This document shows, piece by piece, positions 23,131 to 34,866 of a stretch of 64,000 nt of DNA. The stretch comes from the human T2T-CHM13v2.0 reference genome, Homo sapiens, in assembly GCF_009914755.1 (NCBI RefSeq), contig NC_060932.1; one strand, given 5' to 3'. The position numbers and the translations under genes were made by a program. Every line of letters begins with the position of its first letter. Positions within the stretch are counted from its first letter, which is position 1. The notes beneath the pieces were generated by a model. It had not been told where the DNA came from. It searched no databases and saw only the letters and a list, made by a program, of their open reading frames with translations.

Positions 23131-23468
23131 CGAGGAGGGCGCGCAAGGACCGTCACCACCCAGACTTGGAACATGACGCACGGCGCCAGGGCACCCAGGC
23201 CCCGCTGCAGTCAGGTCTGGCTGGACGGTGCCACCCGACACCTCGGTCCCCCAGCTCCCACAGGGGGTTCTAATATAATAGAGCAGGGCGCGGGAGGTGC
23301 GGGCTCACGTCCCTGCAGGAGGCGGTGCAGTCCCCACCCACCTGCCCTGCCAAGCCAGGGGGTGCTCTTGGAAAGGCCACAGGGGCCAAGAGAAGAGGCC
23401 GCCCATTCTCCCAGAGGGCCCTGCGCAGGTCACTCAACACAGCACCTGGCCCCACCGGTGGCCGGGAC

Positions 23469-23557
23469 AGCCACCCCAAAGTCACGCGCAGGCCAGAGAC
23501 CCAGGCAGCCCGAAACCAGGGCTCAGGCCTGCGCCTGCCCCACAGCACAGCCTCTCC
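23469..23557 (-). ncRNA. MIR661: MIR661 precursor hairpin (mature ~23484-23507)
   Basis: Matches the recalled hsa-mir-661 sequence, mature UGCCUGGGUCUCUGGCCUGCGCGU; arms GCGCAGGCC/GGCCUGCGC are complementary. Confidence 0.88.
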
Positions 23558-24627
23558 TGGGGTCCCAGGGATCTGGGATGGAGACGCCTCTCCTGGGCCA
23601 CGGCAGGAGACTGGCCTGGCTCCACCCAGGAGTCCCGAAGCCCTGCTCTGTGGAAGGCCTGGGTCAGAGAGCCGGGCCACAGGCAGGCCCACAGCATATC
23701 CTATGCAGATCAGATCCCAATGCAGCCGGGGAAACAGGACGTGGGACACGCACAGTCCTGCTCCTCTTCCTGGGACCCCTGTCTGCTGGGCGCACCCCTC
23801 AGGCCCAGGAGAATGCACGTTGACGGTATACCCCATTCCACAGCGTCGCTCCTGGCACCACATGGAACCCTCAGCAAACCCCATGAAGTCCTATACCATG
23901 AAGGCCTCATACAGACCAGGAGCCTGAGGCGCCGCCTGCTGTCCCGCACGCTGCCATCTGAGCCCAGGTGGCCTCCAGTGTAGTTACCTCAGCCCACAGC
24001 AAGGCACAGTGAACCAGCCTGGCCCCGGGCCACTGGGCAGGCCACCCAGGTCCATGCTGGGAAGCCCGCGGACAACAAGAGGGCCGGGCCCACCCCAGCC
24101 TCCTGCTCTCCAGCCCCACACCTCAAAAACGTGCGGCCGAGGGAAATGCCTGCAGTGGCCCACTCTGGGCGGCCAGGGGTCGGGCGGGCCCAGGCAGCCC
24201 TGAGGGTCAGGGATACCCAGGCATGCCAGAAAGGGCCCAACTCCCAGCTGAGCCCAGGACAGCATCTGGCCAGCAGTGGGCAGGGGCCGACAGGCCGGAC
24301 GTTTCAGCCCACTCCCTGCCACGTGCTGGGGAAGCCTCAGAGGAGCCTGACTCAATGGCCTGGGTGAGAACCAGCTCCTGGCGGGAGGAGTGCCCCAGGC
24401 TGGCAGCGGGCAGTTCTTCTACCACTCCACGGAGGTCCGGACAGGCCTGTGCTTCCGGGACACACATCACACACACCCCTGGGGCAGCTCCGAGAGGGGG
24501 CTGTGCCTATCCCTGCATCCCAGGTCTGACGGCACAGAACGGTGGACAACGGGAAGAGACAGGTCTGCCAGAGGCGGCCCCGGCCCTCTCCTCTGCCTCC
24601 CACAGCCCCCAGCTCTGCCTGCCCTAC

Positions 24628-24670
24628 CTTGGCCCAGCTGAATCAGCTCCTCCATGCTGTACCTGTCCAT
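24628..24670 (-). CDS. PLEC: Candidate additional PLEC coding first exon (MDRYSMEELIQLGQ)
   Basis: Strong Kozak gcagccATGG, 14 codons + G, donor AAG|gtaggg, in frame with exon 2. Confidence 0.7.
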
Positions 24671-25748
24671 GGCTGCCACACAGGCCAGGCTGCTCCGAGA
24701 GCCGGCAGGGAGGAAGGCGAGGCAGGAAGGAGGGAAGGGGTGGGAGGCAGAGGGAGGGCCCACTCATGCCCTGGTAGCAGCGGCTCCTCCTCGCAGCCAC
24801 CCCTTAGTCAGTAAGCAGAGATGAAGCCCAGCCGACTGACGGGTCAGACCAGCCCAGCAGACCTGCCTGGGGGTGCAGGGGACTGGCCTGCCTGCAATCC
24901 CAGAGAGCCCTCCGGCCCCAGCCCACGGGTCTTCCCTACTGTTCCTGCCCCGCCCAGCAGACCCCCCGCCCAGCAGACCCCACCCTGTAGCCTCCCCTTC
25001 CCGCTGCAGGCCCCACCAGCCCAGCCCTGCCCTCCCACCCTCCCACCCACATTCCAGGCATCCATGTGCCCAGCGGTATTTCAGGAGCCAGGCGGGAGCA
25101 GAGCCCCAAACTGCCCACCACACCCCACTCCTTGAGACTCACATTCCTCAGCCCCAAAGGTGGTCTCTTCCTCCACCTGAGTCCTCCCCAACCAGCACAG
25201 CCCCAGGCATCTGTCCAGGGGCAATGGTGACACCTGCCTCCCCTCTCCATACCTCTCCACCCAGGTGCTTGCTGACCAGTGAAGTGCAAATCAAATCCCA
25301 TCGTAACTACCCCTTAGAAGCCTGCCGGCGATCTACAGAAATCCCGCAAACGGGTGACTCGGCCAAGCCAGTGATCCCTGTGGAAAGCTGGCCGGGCCAT
25401 AGTCCCTCCACCTAGAGCACCCTGTGGCTGGGAAGAAGGGCAAGGCAGCCAGGCCACCTCCAGGCTTCCTCCTTGACGCAGGGCCACAGAGGGTCAAGGG
25501 GGGAGGTCAAGGCACAGGCGTGTCCTCCGTGTAGAGGGGAAGTCATGGTGGCTACCCAACCCCTGCCCTTTGCTGTGGGAAGCAGCTCTAGGTGCTGTGC
25601 GTGTACAGCGCTCACCGTGGTGGCGGCTACCTGGCCCCTGCCCGTTGCTGGTGCATGGACAGCGCTCAGCTGGCGTCTCCTCCACACAATCCTCGGTTCC
25701 TTCAGAATTTTGAGCCAGGCAAAGCATCGCCATTTGCAATGTAAATTA

Positions 25749-26050
25749 GGGCTGGGCGGTAGCTATAATCCCAGCACTTTGGGAGGCTGAGGCAGGCGGA
25801 TCACCTGAGGTCAGGACTTCAAGACCAGCCTGGCCAACATGGCGAAACCCCGTCTCTACTAAAAAAAAAAAACAAAAATTAGCCAGGCATGGTGGCTCAT
25901 GCCTGTAATCCCAGCTACTCAGGAGGCTGAGACAGGAGAATCGCTTCAACCCGGGAGGCGGAGGTTGCAGTGAGCCAAGACTGTGCTATTGCACTCCAGC
26001 CTGGGCAACAGAGCGGGACTCCATCTCAAAACAATAAGTAAAATAAAAAT
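25749..26050 (+). mobile_element. Alu (AluS-like)
   Basis: Dimeric Alu consensus with A-rich linker and tail. Confidence 0.93.
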
Positions 26051-28461
26051 GAAACGTAAATGAAACTCACATATAAAAACACATTCCTACAGCTTCCCAC
26101 CACACCAAGCAACTGAAACTCTGCCACAGGCCCAGGGCCTTCCCATGGGTCCTCTCCCTCTGGCCTTCCGGCCTCCCTCTGTCCCTCTCTCTGGGCTGCT
26201 CCTGGCAGGGTAGGCACCTCCTCAGAGCCCTCCCTGATTGCTTCTGAAGCCACCTTCCCATCACGCTCTCCTCACCCAGTTCACCCCACATATCTGGAGC
26301 CCCCTGGGGCAGGGGCTCCATCTGGGTCTGGCCCTGGCCTGTGCATGGCTAAACAAGCAGGTGGACGGATGGCTTCCCACACAGATGTGTTGCTGGCAGG
26401 CCCCCATGGGCCCCACCCAGGGACAAGCAGACCACCAGGGCACAGGGAGGGCAGGGGCCTCACTGCAGGGGTACAGCTGGTGCTCCCTAGCCAGGGCTGG
26501 GTGGAGAGGGGCAGCCCATCCAACAGGGCCATCCTGGACCAGCACAGTTGGCCCACGAGCTCTGACCTTGCCCTTCTGCCAACCCACGGAGCGGCTGTGC
26601 AGTGGGGAAGGGCAGGGCAGCTCACTGCTTGGTCACTTAAAAACTCCAAGAAGTGCCTGGTCTCAGGTATCATCAGAACTGCCCCGGGCTGTATGCAGGG
26701 CCATCCGGACCCCTGTCACTGCCTGAGGCCCAGCCCTGGCCCTCTGCCACACCCCACATCCGAGCCGCCTCCTTCCCCTAGCTTCCCATCCCAAGCTCAG
26801 CCCGTGAGGTCCAGGGCAGAGAGGGGTTTGAGCCTGCTGGCCCTGACTCATCCCGGAGCTGTGGCTCGCTTCCTGTTGGAAACTCTGAGCTGCTGCTGGC
26901 GGCTGTGGCTTTGGGGGGACTGAGTCACCTCCATCGGGGAGGGGTGCCCTCCGCTCTGCCTGCTGCAGCCACACCCAGCACACCCCACTCTTGGCCCTGC
27001 CGCCAGCTGCCCGCCCTGCAGGCCCAGCCCAGCCACGGACAAGGAAGGAGAAAAAGGAGGGGAGGGACTCCCAGTCACCACAGCTAGGAGTTGAGCATGG
27101 GGAAGCTGGGCTGCCAAATGACCGGGGAGTGGGTGGGCAGGGGTGCCGGGTGGGAGAGGACAGCAGGAAGGCCACATGGGCCGGGGCCTGGACTACATGC
27201 CTGGCCAAGCAGTCTTTGTCTCATGCCTCCTGTCGGGAGACATGTCGTCCATTTAGAGAGGAGCTGGAGAGGCCACTAAACCTGTCCAAAGCCGCAGAGA
27301 GAGCCAGGAGGGGAGGCCAGCCTCCACCCCACAGCCTCACTGATCCTCCCAGATGGGCCCAAGGCAAGCCCCTAACAAGTCCAACTCACCCCAGGCCAGC
27401 CAGCACCAGGGCTCCGCCCAGCATCCCACACGGGCAGCTGCGCCCTAAACTTGGGCCTCCCCTGGGCCCCCTCCCCCACACCCTGGCAAATCCTGCCCAC
27501 CCTGAGAGCCCCACCCCAGGCCCCCTTCTTCAGCCTGAGAGAGCAAGCTGCTCCCAGGTGCCAGCCCCAAAGAGGGAGGTGGGGCCAGGTGCTGGGGGAC
27601 CGGGCCATCCGGAGCCAGCACGGAGGGCAGAGTGCTCCACAGTGTGTGTGTGAGCCTCGGGCTGCAGGGGACACATCTGCCCACCTGGGTCCTGCTGGTA
27701 CAGGTGCTTGTGGACAGAGGGAGGCCACAGAGAAGGGGCAGAGCAAAGGGTCTCTGGAAGCCTCTGGGATGACAGGACCCGTCCTGTCCTGTGCGACCTG
27801 GTTCGTACCGGGAAAGGCCTATCTAGGCCCCAGGCTGGGCCAGCAGACACCACACCACAGCCTGGCCTCTGCCCTGCCGGAGGAGCCTCCTGCCTGGACC
27901 CTGCGCTTCTCCCCATCCCGCCCAGGGCCGTCCCCAGCCACCACCAAGTCCAAGCTGGCCAAGCACTCAGTTACCGGTCACACCGGGCACTCTGTGCGGC
28001 ACCAAGCCTCACCCATCAACCCCCGCGGCAAGGGAGGCGGCCAGGCCATGTGCTGGAGGAGGGCCACACCCAACCGGCGCCAGCACCTCCTCGCACACCC
28101 CCACCTCAGTGCCGAGGAGCCTCGGGGAAGACAGGTCACTGGGACAGGAGAGGAGGCGGAGGGGGCGAAGGCAAGGGCAGTGTTGGAGAGAGGGGAGGGG
28201 GCGCCCCGGGGTGTGCCTGGGCCACAGGCTCCTCCTTGGCCTACACACCCGAAGGTCCCCAGCCGAGGAGGAGGGGCCACATGGGCCCATCAGCAAGCGC
28301 ACCCCCTGACCCTCGGCTAGGGGGGGCCACCTGCTGGTGTGAGCGACGCTCCGCAAGCCGGCTGACCACTCCAACCACTCCAGCCCAGGCCCAGGCCCAA
28401 GACCCGACAACCAGACCCCTACTTGCCACCCATCATGACTTGGGGTCAGGGTGCAGCTGAC

Positions 28462-28984
28462 CTGTGGCTGGGGCAGGCTCCGGGCCTGGCCTGGCCAGGG
28501 TCCGCTGGGTGGTAGCAGGCACCACAGGGGTCTCAGGTGACACCTCCTCAAGCTCCTTCCGACGGTAGACCCGCTGCTCCTCCGTCGGCAGCGGCCCCCG
28601 CTTGGGTGGGGAGCCCAGGGGACCCTGCACAGCCTGCACGTGGGGGGTGCGGCGTGCGGGCATCACCATGGCGACGGGGCGGCGCACGCGCTGCAGAGAG
28701 GCGGGCACGATCTCTGGCGGCAGGTGCAGGTACTGGCGGAGGTGGGCGATGCCTTCATTGGTGAGGTACCAGTAAAAGTGGCACCAGGCAAAGGTCTCGC
28801 GGACCAGGCCCCGTGCCCGCAGGGACGCCATGGCACGCATGACCTGCAGGTTGGTGACGCCGGGCACATGGGGGTGCAAGCTGCGGGGCCGCCGGTCCTT
28901 CTTGGCCACCATCACGCCCTCGCGGAAGAGCACCTCATAGATGGCCCGCAGCTGGTCCCGTGGCATGAGCATGCCGGCCACCAT
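28462..28984 (-). CDS. PLEC: PLEC alternative first exon 1 (contains the ribosomal protein S10-like domain)
   Basis: [30 protein letters not shown]...PAPAT + G|gtcagc; 523 nt. Confidence 0.95.
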
Positions 28985-30313
28985 GGCTGCTGGAGCCGGG
29001 CAGTCAGTGCGGGGGCAAAGGCAGCAGGCAGGGTACCACGAGAAGGCCCGGGGCGCTGCGAGAAGCTCCCGCGCTACAGGGTGTGACAGCGGGCAGCGGC
29101 AGGGCAGGCGGGCGGGCAGGCAGGCTGGGGTGCTGAGCGTGAGGGCGCGGGCTCCCGGCTGTGTGGCTCGTGGCGCCTGGCTCCGTGCAATCCCTGCCGG
29201 CACTGCCGGCTGCCCGCCTTCCTCCAGGACGCCGGGCCGGCCCCCTCTGACTCAGCAGCATGGGCGGCCCCTCCCACCCACAGCCGACGGGGCCCTTGTA
29301 GAGTGGGGGGCACCTCAAGAGGCAGCGGCCACCCCCACAGCTGCCCCTTTCCCCCCACCAGGCCCCACGGCTCCAACGTCAGAAATGACATCAGTTTCTA
29401 AACACATTCTTCAAGGTCCCTAAGACTGTGCTGGGGCAAGTGGGGGCGGATATAGACCAAGAGTCTAAAGAAGAGGGTGGCAGGGCAGGCAGGGGGGCTG
29501 AGGGCAGGAGGGGTACTCGGCAGGGATGTGGGCTCTGGTGTCCCGGCTTCACAAGGATCTGAAGGGGGGTGCTGGGCTGCCAGGCCTGGAGGGATGAGGG
29601 ATGCGAGGCTTGAGCGGAGAGGACTAGGGCCTGGGGAAGAAGCTGGGGTCTTGCGGGAGGAAGTCCGAGGGGAGCGGCTGGGGGCAGCTGCCACAGCACA
29701 TGAGGAGGGCTGCAGGCACCGCTGCTGCTGTCCATCAGGCGGGCAAACGGACAGAGCCCCCACCTCCACACACCAGGCTTAGAGGCAGTGGCCACTCAAG
29801 TTAACACTTCCCATTCCAGGCCAGATTAGGAGTGGCCTCTCCAAGCCCACAGCCCTCTGAGCAGAGCACCGGCTAGGGGGCTCAGAGGGGCCTCAATTCA
29901 CCCCCACCTCCAACCCAGCTGTTGGAGGCCAGAGATTCCCAGCCGCTGCCACAGAGAAAGTCACCGAGTCCCTACCGCCCACAGATGCCCACCCTGGGCA
30001 GCCCAAGTGCCCGTCTGCAGGCCAGATGGATGGCTGCAGGGTGGAAGAATGCCAGGCCAGAAGACGGCCAGGGCCCAAGGGAAGGGAAGAGGAAACTGCC
30101 CTGTGAGGCCCTGCAGGCCTGGCCCAGCCACACCCATCATCCACCCCCCCCTCCCCGCCCCGCTGCTGCCGCCCCCACTGAGGGTCCAGGCATGAGAACC
30201 GCACCCAACACTCCCACTGTCCCACGCTGTGCTCCATGGACCCCCACCCGTATCGCTGCTCGCCCCAAGCCGACACACCCCTTCCCACCAAGCCCGGCAA
30301 ACCCGGGAACTGA

Positions 30314-30323
30314 TTATAAATAG
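30314..30323. promoter_or_regulatory. MEF2 consensus / TATA-like site
   Basis: TTATAAATAG fits YTAWWWWTAR; adjacent GC box. Confidence 0.5.
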
Positions 30324-30456
30324 GGCGGTGGGGGGGAGTGGGAGAGAGGGGGGATCCCGAGGTGGGAGGCGCTGGCCAGCAGCCGGCAGGCGGCCAACAA
30401 GCAGCTTGTGGGGGCGGGTTTATGGGGCCGTCGCCATGGCGCCACGGTGCAGGCTC

Positions 30457-30459
<3 letters not shown>

Positions 30460-30497
<38 letters not shown>

Positions 30498-30525
30498 GCG
30501 CACACACGCACGCGCACGCGCACGC
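30460..30525. repeat. (CA)17 microsatellite continuing as a CA/CG alternating purine-pyrimidine tract
   Basis: Read directly from the sequence. Confidence 0.95.
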
Positions 30526-31737
30526 CTGCGTACACAGAGGTGTGGTGGCGGGGAAACTCCGAAGGCATAGCCACGGTTCCCACAGCCCTCTGGCAGGGCC
30601 AGCTCGCTGCGGCATGGCTCTCCCTCCCTCTGAAGCCAGCCCCAGGCAGGAAAAGGCCAGCCTCAGGAGGTGAGGCTCCAGGAAGATGTAGGGACCACAG
30701 TGGCCACGCCCCTCGGACCACCAGCACCTGCGGACCCTCCACCCACCAGGGTTGTGGCTTTGGGAACAACACCAGCTGGGTCCAAGCCTGCCCAGCCCTG
30801 TGCCCAAAGAAGGCCCTACCCTCTTGGCCAGTCCCTCAGCGCACCCCCCCACACTGACCTCCTGCACTCCCGGCAGGCCGACCGCATCTTCCTGGCCTGA
30901 TTCCCTAACCTAATCCCCCCCAGATCTCCAAGGGCCCCACCAAACTAACCCACGATACCCACACTGTCCCAAAATGATCCCAAGGCCTCTTAAAAGCACG
31001 TGGACCTAGGTTCTCTCCTACACAGGCCTGCAGGGGTGCCAGGACTGACCCCCGCTGGGCCGCCACCCAACCAGCCCCGCCTCCCCCAAGCCGGCTCCGG
31101 GCAGGAAAGGGCGGTAGCTTCCTCCAGCAGAGATGGGGCGGGGCTCGGCGGGAGTCCCCTCCCTCCCACCAGCCAGGGGCCTGCAGGCGGGAAGGGAAGC
31201 CGCAGGGAGGAGCCCGGAGCAGAATGTTCCTGGCCCACCCTGCCAGCTCCGCACACGCCCCCCTGCGGCATGCGCCACCCCCCCCCCGCCTCGCAGCACA
31301 CACCTCCTGCAGCACACACCCCCCCCGAAGCACACACACCCCTGCGCCAGGGTCCAGGCGTCCCCCAAGACCCCCGGGCGGAAGCTACCGCCCCCTGCCC
31401 CCACCCTGTGGGAACCGAAGCGGGAGCTGATTCAGCACTGGGAGGGCCAGGGTGTGCGACTGGGCGGCCCCTTCTCCCCCCACTCCAGACCCCTTTGGGT
31501 TTCCAGAGCAACCAGTCAGGGCTCCTGGGCAGCCCCCAGCCCCCCCACCCCACCCCAAGACAAAGAGCCGCAGTGTGGACTTGCTCAGGGCCAGCCGGCC
31601 CGGCGCCTCTGCACAGTGGTCCCCCAGCCCTGCCCTGCCCCTTGGACGCCAGGTTGTGGGCGGCAAACTCGGGCCGGGTGGAAGGGGCTGACCCTGCTGT
31701 GAAGGCTGAGCTCCCACTGTGTCCCTGTCCCCGCCCC

Positions 31738-31763
31738 GCCGCCGCCGCCGCCGCCGCCGCCGC
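31738..31763. repeat. (GCC)8 trinucleotide repeat, (GGC)n on the PLEC sense strand
   Basis: Read directly from the sequence. Confidence 0.93.
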
Positions 31764-32012
31764 TGCAGCAGCCACCCCGCCCCCGACGCTCCTGCAGGGC
31801 TGCGGAGCCGCTGAAGCCAGCCCAGTAGGACCCCGAACCAGGTGGAGCCCGGAGGGGGACGAGTCTGGGGTCTCCTGCGGCTCTGGCTCAGCGACCCACA
31901 GTGTCACCCCAGGGATGGCAGACCCTGCCCGCCACCCTGCGTGGACTGCACCCAGCCAGAGGTCACTGTGTGGTCCGCGCCCCCCGGCTCGGGCCCGGCC
32001 CCAGGACCGCAC

Positions 32013-32058
32013 CTTTGAGGGAGCTGATCTCGTTCTGGATGGCTCGCGAGGGGTCCAT
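32013..32058 (-). CDS. PLEC: PLEC alternative first exon 1e (MDPSRAIQNEISSLK)
   Basis: ATG...AAAG|gtgcgg; 46 nt; CpG-rich upstream region with a GC box near 32185. Confidence 0.92.
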
Positions 32059-33481
32059 GTCTGCGCCGGGGCTGAGGGCGGCTGTGCCACCACCAGGCAG
32101 AGTCCAGCCCCGCACCGCACTGCCCAGGCCAGCGCCGCAGCCGGGGGAGGAGCCCGGAGGTCCGGGGCAGGGCTTGCCGGCCAGGGGCGGGGCTTCAGCT
32201 GATCAATGCGCCGGACAGGGCCGCCCCGGGCGCATGCTCCCGGCCGCACCGCGCACCCCTCCCCCCCAGCCTGTGGTTCTGGGGCACGCGACCCCGCTAA
32301 CCCCAGCCAGACTGCCAGGTCACCAGGCCGGATCCAGGAGCGCTCGGACGGCCCACTCCCCAGCTCCGCAGCCCCCGGCCCACCCCACAGCCCCCCGAGT
32401 CCACTGCAACGAGCCATGCTTAGAACAGCCTGTGGGACACACGTGCGAGGGCCTTGAAGCCGTTACCCGCGCCCTGCAGGAGATACCCACCCATCCAGAT
32501 CTCCCAGTAACTTCCTCAGCCGGCCCAACTCCAGGGCCTGGGCTGGCAGGCTGCTGAGATCAAGCCCCCAGACCCTGGTCGGCCACCTCCCACCTCCCCG
32601 GCCCCAGCAGTGTGCCCCTTCCCCGGGCGTCTCGCCTCTGCGCAGCCCTGGGTCAGGCACCTTGTACACTGGCTCCAAAGATGACAGGTCCGACCTGCAC
32701 CCTGGTCTCTGCCTCTCCCACCCAGCCTCAGGATGCCCCACAGGCAGCCCCACAGGTCCTCCTGGCTGCGCCCCCCAGTCTGCCCACTCGCCAGCATCTC
32801 CACTGCCGCCAGATGACACTGCAGCTCCATCCCTCACCCACCCCCCACGACCACCAGGGACCCTTCGCAGCTGCTCTGATCCAACCACCCCTATGGCTAA
32901 TGGGGTCAGCCTCCTCAGCCCGCAGGAGTAGCTGTGTGTCACTGCGCACGCCTGGGGGAGCAGGTAGCACTGGCAGGGTGAGGTCAGCTCTGCCTCACTC
33001 ACTGCGCTGCAGGGGGCACGGAGGAATGCTGGGCCCTGCCCACACCAGGGCACCCCTTCAACACTGGCCCCGGGACTGTGCTCCACCCCAGTCCGTGCTG
33101 GTAGTGTGGGGCAGGACAGCCTCCACAAGATAGAAGTGACTAGCCTGCCTCAGTCTCCAGCAAGGCCTTTCCTCTGCCTTCACCCGCAAGTCCTTCCCCT
33201 CCTGTAAACAGACCCACTGTGCGCCAGGCTGGGGCTGGCATGGAGGACGTGACCATGATCCAGGAGCGAGGCCGGCAGCTCCCACGGGTACGAGCTAACA
33301 GGCAAAGGGCCAGAAGCCAGCCCCACCTCCACCGTAGACCCAGCAGTTCTGGAGTCTCTCGTCCCCCTGCCCGTCCCTGCCCTCCCTGGGACTCAGCCAG
33401 TTGGGGTGTGGGGAGTCTCAAGAAACACCAGTTGCCAAACTTAAGGAAAATGGTGAAGTGAGGAATTAAAACAGAATTTCA

Positions 33482-33732
33482 GGCCGGGCACGGGGACTCA
33501 TACCTGGAATCCCAGCACTTTGGGAGGCCGAGGCAGGTGGACCACTTGAGGTCAGGAGTTTGAGACCAGCCTGGCCAACATGGCAAAACCCCATCTCCAC
33601 TAAAAATACACAAAAAAATCAGCCAGGCATGGTGTCACACGCCTGTAGCCCCAGCTACTCAGGAGGCTGAGGCACGAGAATCACTGGAATCCAGGAGGCT
33701 GAGGTTGCAGTGAGCCGAGATCGCGCCACTGC
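33482..33732 (+). mobile_element. Alu, 3'-truncated
   Basis: Alu consensus ending at cgcgccactg with no tail. Confidence 0.9.
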
Positions 33733-33853
33733 TGAATTCCCAGCTAGGTTTTACTGAGCTGTATCTGGATAAACCTAAATTTGGCCTGCAAGTGAATCAT
33801 ACTTCCTTAGTAAACCTCAAGTGAAAGTGACAGATATTTATAAAGAGATCTAA

Positions 33854-34178
<325 letters not shown>

Positions 34179-34225
34179 CAGATCAATTTTTTTAATTTAA
34201 TGCATAAAAATTTTCCTCAGCCTAG

Positions 34226-34547
<322 letters not shown>

Positions 34548-34586
34548 TAAAGGATTAAAACGCATAAAATGGAATGTTATAAGATT

Positions 34587-34866
34587 GGCCAGGCGTGGTG
34601 GCTGAGCACTTTCCGAGGCTGAGACAGGAGGATCACTTGATCCTGGGAATTCAGGACCAGTCTGGGCAACAAAGCAAGACACCGTCTCTGCAAAAAACTA
34701 AAAAACTATCCTGACACGGTGGCCTGGGCCTGTGGTCCCAGCTCTTTGGGATGCTGAGGCAGAAGGACGGCTTGAACCAGCCCACCCAAGGCTGCAGTGA
34801 GCCGTGATTGCGCCACTGCATTCCTGTCTGGGAGAGAGCAAGACTGACTCGAAAACAAACAAAAAG
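34587..34866 (+). mobile_element. Alu (AluJ-like, diverged)
   Basis: ggccaggcgtggtggct... with an A-rich tail. Confidence 0.88.

Noticed and set aside
23268-23281. ctaatataatag as a MEF2 site
   Set aside because: Six-base core does not fit YTAWWWWTAR
30990-32417. 475-aa and 400-aa ORFs with poly-Ala
   Set aside because: GC-rich stop-poor DNA plus a GCC repeat; no recognisable domain
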